From Giardia intestinalis (taxonomy: Eukaryota): DNA of 64,000 nt. Shown in pieces: positions 30,298 to 40,900 of the stretch (within the stretch, counting starts at the first letter, position 1; each line of letters starts with the position of its first letter). The stretch is taken from assembly GCA_000002435.2 (NCBI GenBank), contig CM018793.1; one strand, given 5' to 3'. The position numbers and the translations under genes are program-made. The notes under the pieces are model-generated. The model did not search any database, had not been told where the DNA came from, and saw only the letters and a program-made list of their open reading frames with translations.

Positions 30298-31833
30298 CTA
30301 ACACTGAACCCGCCCAACACGCCTCACCTGCTCTGCATACCATTGTGCGTTACGCCTTGCGGGTGCGCGGGGTCTGGTTATTGCATTACGCTTTGATTGA
30401 GTTGGAGTAGAGACGTCGACGTGACTGATCATTTTATCTGAGTGGTATGCCCAGCTGTGCCCAGAGGTTATATTAGTAGATAATGAATCTTGTGATAGTG
30501 CCATATTTGCCAGCTTTTGCGCTGGTGACATAGCAGTTGCTCCAGAGCTCATGCTCCTCGGCAATCCAACCGACAGCTTTGTCGACATAGAATCTGTAAG
30601 TACGACTCCTACAGAGGATGGATTAACTGAAGAGCCCTCGTTACTAGTTTGCAACCACTGGACATTGTTGATAGCACTATGTGGAACACTCTTCGATAGA
30701 GAGTCAAGTTTTCCGCTAAGTATTTCTACTGTCTTTTTTAGGCTTATGTTTTCGGTGAAGATCCTCTCTGTGACCTTTCTCTCGGCTAAGTCTGTAGTGC
30801 TGGCTGATAGACGCAACTTATCTTCTAGTTCATTAATTGTCTCTGTTAAGAGATATACTGTTTTTTTGAGATTCTTCACCTCATCGGTATCGTTATTAAA
30901 GCTGTCAATAGCGACGGATTTATCACTAGCCCCCTGTCCGTCTGGTGCTGATACAGATACCATTGTCTTCTTCTGCTCAAGCTTCTCAGTAAGCTCATCG
31001 ATTCTGAGCATTGCTGCAGCAAGGTCAGATTGTAACTTATCCACATTCTCTAATTCTGTGTGATCACTTGTGTGAGTGATTAGGTTAGCCACCTTTAGCT
31101 TCATATGGCTGGACAGCTGCACAAGAAGCGTTTGAAGCCGCAGTATCTCTTGGTCCTTGGCATAAAGAAGAAAGTCATAATCTATCTGACGTGGTCTGTG
31201 GGGAGCCAGCGAGCAACTCCGTGACCCATCGCCAAAGCTGACTGACATGGACAGACTTAGATTTCTGCCATCTGCTGTAATATATGTTCCCGGGGTATCA
31301 CCAATCTTATTCACACCACTAATAGTGGGTCTGATGGAATTTGCTCTACTAGTGTCAGCAGCACCAACCTTGTGTTGCAAAGCTTCCACTACGTCATGGT
31401 AATCCATATCATTGGCAAGTTCTAATGCCCGACTGTAGTCCAGAGCATCATCTTCTTCGCTAAATGCGATAATTTCAAGAGCTGAGCTTTTGGCGTGAGC
31501 CTGCAATGCAAGAAGAAGTGGGTCTTTGCCAGTTTCCTTCATGAAGCGAGCTTCATACTGTAACAATATAGGAATAGATTTTAACTGCTCTTCTAAAATT
31601 GCGTATTCCAACGCACATCGCCCCTCCGGTGATAATATTTTTGCTTCTAATGGCGCAAGAAGAGCTAGAGTATCAAGCGCACCCATTTCTCCTGCAAGCA
31701 TGAGACCCGTCTTTCCAGCCTGATTAACAGAGCCTACGCAGTCAGACTTGTGTTTATTAATGTATTCCTTGTTACCGGTAATAGCGGCAGAAAACCACTC
31801 TTCTAGACGGTCAGGCTCCTTATGAATCTGCAT
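30298..31833 (-). CDS. Protein 21.1-type ankyrin-repeat / coiled-coil protein (511 aa)
   Basis: N-terminal EEWFSAAITGNKEYI...GKTGLMLAG ankyrin repeats followed by coiled-coil. ATG at 31833. Confidence 0.65.
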   Translation of the reverse strand: MQIHKEPDRLEEWFSAAITGNKEYINKHKSDCVGSVNQAGKTGLMLAGEMGALDTLALLAPLEAKILSPEGRCALEYAILEEQLKSIPILLQYEARFMKETGKDPLLLALQAHAKSSALEIIAFSEEDDALDYSRALELANDMDYHDVVEALQHKVGAADTSRANSIRPTISGVNKIGDTPGTYITADGRNLSLSMSVSFGDGSRSCSLAPHRPRQIDYDFLLYAKDQEILRLQTLLVQLSSHMKLKVANLITHTSDHTELENVDKLQSDLAAAMLRIDELTEKLEQKKTMVSVSAPDGQGASDKSVAIDSFNNDTDEVKNLKKTVYLLTETINELEDKLRLSASTTDLAERKVTERIFTENISLKKTVEILSGKLDSLSKSVPHSAINNVQWLQTSNEGSSVNPSSVGVVLTDSMSTKLSVGLPRSMSSGATAMSPAQKLANMALSQDSLSTNITSGHSWAYHSDKMISHVDVSTPTQSKRNAITRPRAPARRNAQWYAEQVRRVGRVQC

Positions 31834-31913
31834 TGCTCAGCTCTCCTGCGTCTTAGTTTTTTGAGTTGATACGCCATAAAGTGGATTTACTACTATGTAC
31901 GTTTTGATGCTGA

Positions 31914-34900
31914 CTAACAACCTCTCCAAGTGCTGGTTTGGGTCTTCAGAAGATTTGCTATTTCAGTGTGCCCATTTTCTACAGCCAGCTTGTAGGCCGT
32001 CATACCATCATTGCGCACAAGATCTGCTTCCTTGTCGATCAATAGCTTCACTGCACGCATATTTCCCTGCTGTGCTGCAAACATAAGGGCTGACCAACCG
32101 TCCCTGTTCTGTTTTCCGCTTTGAATTAGGTAGGCTTTGATGTCGGCCTCATTTCCAAGTGCTACCGCTTGCATTAACCGTGTATTGCCGTACCAGTCGA
32201 CCAGGTCTGTCAGAATAACTTGTTGACCAATCGTATTAGGAATGGAGGTGCGAGGACTGGAGACAGGGGTAATTACATCGGGAAGATATCCAACAGAGCC
32301 CATAATTCCCTGCAATCGCTCTTCTTGTTCGTTATAGGCTTGTGATTTGGCTAAATATGCTTTTTTATATCGCTTTACCTCACCCCGCAAGTCTTCGACT
32401 TCTTGCACTAAAGCATCAGATAGACTTACATCTGAACCTAGGTGGTGAAGGTCAGTCAAGGTCAAGCCATTGCTAGGTAAAACAGGATTAGTCTTATCTG
32501 GTTCAGCAAATTGTTTGGCCTTTAGCTCAGCTATAGCGGACGATAAAGCAGAATTTTCAGCCTGAAGCCTCAAACGCGCATCCTCTGACTCACGTAACTG
32601 TATGGCTTTTCGAAGGTATCCTGATTTGTACTTAAATACTCTGTCCTTTAACTCTTTTTCCGATAACGGGTTGATGTTCGACCTAGCATAATCAGCTTTT
32701 GTAAGACGCAATAGAGCATTATCTTTGCGAAGATCCTCTAGTTCTCGTTGCAGTTCGGCAAGTGTGGGCTCGTGAGCCCTATCATGCAGGGATGACGAAT
32801 GTGTAGCAAGGAATAAGTCATCGACAGGTTTAGATTCATCGGAGACCTTCTGTGCCAGGACGTCCCCGGTGGGCTGGGAGAGCAGGGCCTCCTGGAGGCG
32901 CTTGATCTCGCGGTCCTTCTCGGCCAGGAGCGCGTCGTAGTCGGTGGTGGTCTGGGCCAGGCGCGGGCTCGCGGCTCCGCTAGCGACGGCGTCCTCGAGG
33001 CGCTTGCTGAGGCCTTCGTTCTCCTTGACCTTTTCTGCCAGTCGGCCAAGGGCGCTTTGGATTGCAGCCCGGTCTGCCTGCTCGTTGGCGCGCAGCTGCT
33101 GCCGGAGATCGTCCAGCGCCTGCTGGTGCCGGGCTTCGTCGGCTGCGCGAGCCTCTTCCGCGGCCCGGAGAAGGGCAGGATAGTCAATGGCGGGCTCGGC
33201 GGCTGCGGCCTGGAGGCGGGCAAGCTCTTCGTCACGGGCTTGGAGGGCCTCTTCAAGGGCCTGGATTCGGGCTGCTGCCCCGGGCTCTTCGGATTCGAGA
33301 GATCTCGGGTCCTGGGCGGCGAGCCTCTCCTGAAGCCTGGAGATCTCGGCGTTCTTCCGTTCGGCATCTGTCCTTGCTTCCGCAGCGGCATCTTCTAGAG
33401 CCCGGATGCGAGCCGTAAGTCCATCAATGGTAACTGGCAATTCGCCCTCGGCGCTTGCAGATTCCACACCCTGGACGATATTGCCCATGAGTTGTGTAAC
33501 CAGGCTGCCGTTGTCCTGAACCTTGTCGGCGAGCTGGTTGATAGCTGTTTGCAGACCATCTGCAGGAGACCGCGTTGCAGAAAGTGCGTCTCTGAGTTGG
33601 GCAATCTCGTCGTCCTTCTGTGCCAGGACGTCCCCGGTGGGCTGGGAGAGCAGGGCCTCCTGGAGGCGCTTGATCTCGCGGTCCTTCTCGGCCAGGAGCG
33701 CGTCGTAGTCGGTGGTGGTCTGGGCCAGGCGCGGGCTCGCGGCTCCGCTAGCGACGGCGTCCTCGAGGCGCTTGCTGAGGCCTTCGTTCTCCTTGACCTT
33801 TTCTGCCAGTCGGCCAAGGGCGCTTTGGATTGCAGCCCGGTCTGCCTGCTCGTTGGCGCGCAGCTGCTGCCGGAGATCGTCCAGCGCCTGCTGGTGCCGG
33901 GCTTCGTCGGCTGCGCGAGCCTCTTCCGCGGCCCGGAGAAGGGCAGGATAGTCAATGGCGGGCTCGGCGGCTGCGGCCTGGAGGCGGGCAAGCTCTTCGT
34001 CACGGGCTTGGAGGGCCTCTTCAAGGGCCTGGATTCGGGCTGCTGCCCCGGGCTCTTCGGATTCGAGAGATCTCGGGTCCTGGGCGGCGAGCCTCTCCTG
34101 AAGCCTGGAGATCTCGGCGTTCTTCCGTTCGGCATCTGTCCTTGCTTCCGCAGCGGCATCTTCTAGAGCCCGGATGCGAGCCGTAAGTCCATCAATGGTA
34201 ACTGGCAATTCGCCCTCGGCGCTTGCAGATTCCACACCCTGGACGATATTGCCCATGAGTTGTGTAACCAGGCTGCCGTTGTCCTGAACCTTGTCGGCGA
34301 GCTGGTTGATAGCTGTTTGCAGACCATCTGCAGGAGACCGCGTTGCAGAAAGTGCGTCTCTGAGTTGGGCAATCTCGTCGTCCTTCTGTGCCAGGACGTC
34401 CCCGGTGGGCTGGGAGAGCAGGGCCTCCTGGAGGCGCTTGATCTCGCGGTCCTTCTCGGCCAGGAGCGCGTCGTAGTCGGTGGTGGTCTGGGCCAGGCGC
34501 GGGCTCGCGGCTCCGCTAGCGACGGCGTCCTCGAGGCGCTTGCTGAGGCCTTCGTTCTCCTTGACCTTTTCTGCCAGTCGGCCAAGGGCGCTTTGGATTG
34601 CAGCCCGGTCTGCCTGCTCGTTGGCGCGCAGCTGCTGCCGGAGATCGTCCAGCGCCTGCTGGTGCCGGGCTTCGTCGGCTGCGCGAGCCTCTTCCGCGGC
34701 CCGGAGAAGGGCAGGATAGTCAATGGCGGGCTCGGCGGCTGCGGCCTGGAGGCGGGCAAGCTCTTCGTCACGGGCTTGGAGGGCCTCTTCAAGGGCCTGG
34801 ATTCGGGCTGCTGCCCCGGGCTCTTCGGATTCGAGAGATCTCGGGTCCTGGGCGGCGAGCCTCTCCTGAAGCCTGGAGATCTCGGCGTTCTTCCGTTCGG

Positions 34901-37900
34901 CATCTGTCCTTGCTTCCGCAGCGGCATCTTCTAGAGCCCGGATGCGAGCCGTAAGTCCATCAATGGTAACTGGCAATTCGCCCTCGGCGCTTGCAGATTC
35001 CACACCCTGGACGATATTGCCCATGAGTTGTGTAACCAGGCTGCCGTTGTCCTGAACCTTGTCGGCGAGCTGGTTGATAGCTGTTTGCAGACCATCTGCA
35101 GGAGACCGCGTTGCAGAAAGTGCGTCTCTGAGTTGGGCAATCTCGTCGTCCTTCTGTGCCAGGACGTCCCCGGTGGGCTGGGAGAGCAGGGCCTCCTGGA
35201 GGCGCTTGATCTCGCGGTCCTTCTCGGCCAGGAGCGCGTCGTAGTCGGTGGTGGTCTGGGCCAGGCGCGGGCTCGCGGCTCCGCTAGCGACGGCGTCCTC
35301 GAGGCGCTTGCTGAGGCCTTCGTTCTCCTTGACCTTTTCTGCCAGTCGGCCAAGGGCGCTTTGGATTGCAGCCCGGTCTGCCTGCTCGTTGGCGCGCAGC
35401 TGCTGCCGGAGATCGTCCAGCGCCTGCTGGTGCCGGGCTTCGTCGGCTGCGCGAGCCTCTTCCGCGGCCCGGAGAAGGGCAGGATAGTCAATGGCGGGCT
35501 CGGCGGCTGCGGCCTGGAGGCGGGCAAGCTCTTCGTCACGGGCTTGGAGGGCCTCTTCAAGGGCCTGGATTCGGGCTGCTGCCCCGGGCTCTTCGGATTC
35601 GAGAGATCTCGGGTCCTGGGCGGCGAGCCTCTCCTGAAGCCTGGAGATCTCGGCGTTCTTCCGTTCGGCATCTGTCCTTGCTTCCGCAGCGGCATCTTCT
35701 AGAGCCCGGATGCGAGCCGTAAGTCCATCAATGGTAACTGGCAATTCGCCCTCGGCGCTTGCAGATTCCACACCCTGGACGATATTGCCCATGAGTTGTG
35801 TAACCAGGCTGCCGTTGTCCTGAACCTTGTCGGCGAGCTGGTTGATAGCTGTTTGCAGACCATCTGCAGGAGACCGCGTTGCAGAAAGTGCGTCTCTGAG
35901 TTGGGCAATCTCGTCGTCCTTCTGTGCCAGGACGTCCCCGGTGGGCTGGGAGAGCAGGGCCTCCTGGAGGCGCTTGATCTCGCGGTCCTTCTCGGCCAGG
36001 AGCGCGTCGTAGTCGGTGGTGGTCTGGGCCAGGCGCGGGCTCGCGGCTCCGCTAGCGACGGCGTCCTCGAGGCGCTTGCTGAGGCCTTCGTTCTCCTTGA
36101 CCTTTTCTGCCAGTCGGCCAAGGGCGCTTTGGATTGCAGCCCGGTCTGCCTGCTCGTTGGCGCGCAGCTGCTGCCGGAGATCGTCCAGCGCCTGCTGGTG
36201 CCGGGCTTCGTCGGCTGCGCGAGCCTCTTCCGCGGCCCGGAGAAGGGCAGGATAGTCAATGGCGGGCTCGGCGGCTGCGGCCTGGAGGCGGGCAAGCTCT
36301 TCGTCACGGGCTTGGAGGGCCTCTTCAAGGGCCTGGATTCGGGCTGCTGCCCCGGGCTCTTCGGATTCGAGAGATCTCGGGTCCTGGGCGGCGAGCCTCT
36401 CCTGAAGCCTGGAGATCTCGGCGTTCTTCCGTTCGGCATCTGTCCTTGCTTCCGCAGCGGCATCTTCTAGAGCCCGGATGCGAGCCGTAAGTCCATCAAT
36501 GGTAACTGGCAATTCGCCCTCGGCGCTTGCAGATTCCACACCCTGGACGATATTGCCCATGAGTTGTGTAACCAGGCTGCCGTTGTCCTGAACCTTGTCG
36601 GCGAGCTGGTTGATAGCTGTTTGCAGACCATCTGCAGGAGACCGCGTTGCAGAAAGTGCGTCTCTGAGTTGGGCAATCTCGTCGTCCTTCTGTGCCAGGA
36701 CGTCCCCGGTGGGCTGGGAGAGCAGGGCCTCCTGGAGGCGCTTGATCTCGCGGTCCTTCTCGGCCAGGAGCGCGTCGTAGTCGGTGGTGGTCTGGGCCAG
36801 GCGCGGGCTCGCGGCTCCGCTAGCGACGGCGTCCTCGAGGCGCTTGCTGAGGCCTTCGTTCTCCTTGACCTTTTCTGCCAGTCGGCCAAGGGCGCTTTGG
36901 ATTGCAGCCCGGTCTGCCTGCTCGTTGGCGCGCAGCTGCTGCCGGAGATCGTCCAGCGCCTGCTGGTGCCGGGCTTCGTCGGCTGCGCGAGCCTCTTCCG
37001 CGGCCCGGAGAAGGGCAGGATAGTCAATGGCGGGCTCGGCGGCTGCGGCCTGGAGGCGGGCAAGCTCTTCGTCACGGGCTTGGAGGGCCTCTTCAAGGGC
37101 CTGGATTCGGGCTGCTGCCCCGGGCTCTTCGGATTCGAGAGATCTCGGGTCCTGGGCGGCGAGCCTCTCCTGAAGCCTGGAGATCTCGGCGTTCTTCCGT
37201 TCGGCATCTGTCCTTGCTTCCGCAGCGGCATCTTCTAGAGCCCGGATGCGAGCCGTAAGTCCATCAATGGTAACTGGCAATTCGCCCTCGGCGCTTGCAG
37301 ATTCCACACCCTGGACGATATTGCCCATGAGTTGTGTAACCAGGCTGCCGTTGTCCTGAACCTTGTCGGCGAGCTGGTTGATAGCTGTTTGCAGACCATC
37401 TGCAGGAGACCGCGTTGCAGAAAGTGCGTCTCTGAGTTGGGCAATCTCGTCGTCCTTCTGTGCCAGGACGTCCCCGGTGGGCTGGGAGAGCAGGGCCTCC
37501 TGGAGGCGCTTGATCTCGCGGTCCTTCTCGGCCAGGAGCGCGTCGTAGTCGGTGGTGGTCTGGGCCAGGCGCGGGCTCGCGGCTCCGCTAGCGACGGCGT
37601 CCTCGAGGCGCTTGCTGAGGCCTTCGTTCTCCTTGACCTTTTCTGCCAGTCGGCCAAGGGCGCTTTGGATTGCAGCCCGGTCTGCCTGCTCGTTGGCGCG
37701 CAGCTGCTGCCGGAGATCGTCCAGCGCCTGCTGGTGCCGGGCTTCGTCGGCTGCGCGAGCCTCTTCCGCGGCCCGGAGAAGGGCAGGATAGTCAATGGCG
37801 GGCTCGGCGGCTGCGGCCTGGAGGCGGGCAAGCTCTTCGTCACGGGCTTGGAGGGCCTCTTCAAGGGCCTGGATTCGGGCTGCTGCCCCGGGCTCTTCGG

Positions 37901-40900
37901 ATTCGAGAGATCTCGGGTCCTGGGCGGCGAGCCTCTCCTGAAGCCTGGAGATCTCGGCGTTCTTCCGTTCGGCATCTGTCCTTGCTTCCGCAGCGGCATC
38001 TTCTAGAGCCCGGATGCGAGCCGTAAGTCCATCAATGGTAACTGGCAATTCGCCCTCGGCGCTTGCAGATTCCACACCCTGGACGATATTGCCCATGAGT
38101 TGTGTAACCAGGCTGCCGTTGTCCTGAACCTTGTCGGCGAGCTGGTTGATAGCTGTTTGCAGACCATCTGCAGGAGACCGCGTTGCAGAAAGTGCGTCTC
38201 TGAGTTGGGCAATCTCGTCGTCCTTCTGTGCCAGGACGTCCCCGGTGGGCTGGGAGAGCAGGGCCTCCTGGAGGCGCTTGATCTCGCGGTCCTTCTCGGC
38301 CAGGAGCGCGTCGTAGTCGGTGGTGGTCTGGGCCAGGCGCGGGCTCGCGGCTCCGCTAGCGACGGCGTCCTCGAGGCGCTTGCTGAGGCCTTCGTTCTCC
38401 TTGACCTTTTCTGCCAGTCGGCCAAGGGCGCTTTGGATTGCAGCCCGGTCTGCCTGCTCGTTGGCGCGCAGCTGCTGCCGGAGATCGTCCAGCGCCTGCT
38501 GGTGCCGGGCTTCGTCGGCTGCGCGAGCCTCTTCCGCGGCCCGGAGAAGGGCAGGATAGTCAATGGCGGGCTCGGCGGCTGCGGCCTGGAGGCGGGCAAG
38601 CTCTTCGTCACGGGCTTGGAGGGCCTCTTCAAGGGCCTGGATTCGGGCTGCTGCCCCGGGCTCTTCGGATTCGAGAGATCTCGGGTCCTGGGCGGCGAGC
38701 CTCTCCTGAAGCCTGGAGATCTCGGCGTTCTTCCGTTCGGCATCTGTCCTTGCTTCCGCAGCGGCATCTTCTAGAGCCCGGATGCGAGCCGTAAGTCCAT
38801 CAATGGTAACTGGCAATTCGCCCTCGGCGCTTGCAGATTCCACACCCTGGACGATATTGCCCATGAGTTGTGTAACCAGGCTGCCGTTGTCCTGAACCTT
38901 GTCGGCGAGCTGGTTGATAGCTGTTTGCAGACCATCTGCAGGAGACCGCGTTGCAGAAAGTGCGTCTCTGAGTTGGGCAATCTCGTCGTCCTTCTGTGCC
39001 AGGACGTCCCCGGTGGGCTGGGAGAGCAGGGCCTCCTGGAGGCGCTTGATCTCGCGGTCCTTCTCGGCCAGGAGCGCGTCGTAGTCGGTGGTGGTCTGGG
39101 CCAGGCGCGGGCTCGCGGCTCCGCTAGCGACGGCGTCCTCGAGGCGCTTGCTGAGGCCTTCGTTCTCCTTGACCTTTTCTGCCAGTCGGCCAAGGGCGCT
39201 TTGGATTGCAGCCCGGTCTGCCTGCTCGTTGGCGCGCAGCTGCTGCCGGAGATCGTCCAGCGCCTGCTGGTGCCGGGCTTCGTCGGCTGCGCGAGCCTCT
39301 TCCGCGGCCCGGAGAAGGGCAGGATAGTCAATGGCGGGCTCGGCGGCTGCGGCCTGGAGGCGGGCAAGCTCTTCGTCACGGGCTTGGAGGGCCTCTTCAA
39401 GGGCCTGGATTCGGGCTGCTGCCCCGGGCTCTTCGGATTCGAGAGATCTCGGGTCCTGGGCGGCGAGCCTCTCCTGAAGCCTGGAGATCTCGGCGTTCTT
39501 CCGTTCGGCATCTGTCCTTGCTTCCGCAGCGGCATCTTCTAGAGCCCGGATGCGAGCCGTAAGTCCATCAATGGTAACTGGCAATTCGCCCTCGGCGCTT
39601 GCAGATTCCACACCCTGGACGATATTGCCCATGAGTTGTGTAACCAGGCTGCCGTTGTCCTGAACCTTGTCGGCGAGCTGGTTGATAGCTGTTTGCAGAC
39701 CATCTGCAGGAGACCGCGTTGCAGAAAGTGCGTCTCTGAGTTGGGCAATCTCGTCGTCCTTCTGTGCCAGGACGTCCCCGGTGGGCTGGGAGAGCAGGGC
39801 CTCCTGGAGGCGCTTGATCTCGCGGTCCTTCTCGGCCAGGAGCGCGTCGTAGTCGGTGGTGGTCTGGGCCAGGCGCGGGCTCGCGGCTCCGCTAGCGACG
39901 GCGTCCTCGAGGCGCTTGCTGAGGCCTTCGTTCTCCTTGACCTTTTCTGCCAGTCGGCCAAGGGCGCTTTGGATTGCAGCCCGGTCTGCCTGCTCGTTGG
40001 CGCGCAGCTGCTGCCGGAGATCGTCCAGCGCCTGCTGGTGCCGGGCTTCGTCGGCTGCGCGAGCCTCTTCCGCGGCCCGGAGAAGGGCAGGATAGTCAAT
40101 GGCGGGCTCGGCGGCTGCGGCCTGGAGGCGGGCAAGCTCTTCGTCACGGGCTTGGAGGGCCTCTTCAAGGGCCTGGATTCGGGCTGCTGCCCCGGGCTCT
40201 TCGGATTCGAGAGATCTCGGGTCCTGGGCGGCGAGCCTCTCCTGAAGCCTGGAGATCTCATCGTCCTTTCGCGCTAATACGTCACTGATGGGTTGAGAGA
40301 GAAGCAAATCATTCAAGTTCATTTTGGAGGATTGAATATCATATGCAGGAGTAGGAGCCATTCCCAACATAACTTCATCTAGTAAGTTGTGGTTTGGCGT
40401 ATAAGGAATTGAGGAGGATATATTGATACACAGGTTTCTCAACCGATCGATTTCTTTATCGCGCTCTTTGAGAAGCTTATGAAATTGGGCCCTTATTTCA
40501 TTGACATCATCTGAAGAAAAGTCAGTATCAGGCATAGAAAGAGGAGCTAGAGACACACCGTATGTTGAGATAAGAAGCTCCCTAAAGCAGTTCATTCCAT
40601 CCCTAATATCGATTGGATACTCGGTATTCTTAAAAGAGTGGTAATCGGCGAACGTCTGATAAATGTTCAACAGGTCGTCACGCAAATCTTCTTTATGATC
40701 ACCAGAAGTAAGTGCTGTATCGACTTTATCAGAATAATCCATCAGCAGTTTTCGACAAACCAGCGGGGCAAGAGTAGGCTGCACACATGTCCCATACACC
40801 GGTACGGATGTTCGACTAAGAAATTGCAATTCAACCTCATCCTGGTTTGTGAGGGTGAAGTCTGTTATGCGCTTTGTTCCACATCTATTTGTCGATGTCA

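Noticed and set aside
32738-40288. Repeated 224-aa plus-strand ORFs and 254-aa minus-strand ORFs (MPLRKQGQMPNGRTPRSPGF...; MCNQAAVVLNLVGELV...)
   Set aside because: They are out-of-frame or antisense readings of the GC-rich 768-bp coiled-coil repeat. They are Pro/Arg/Gly-rich with no start context, and each restarts in every repeat copy.
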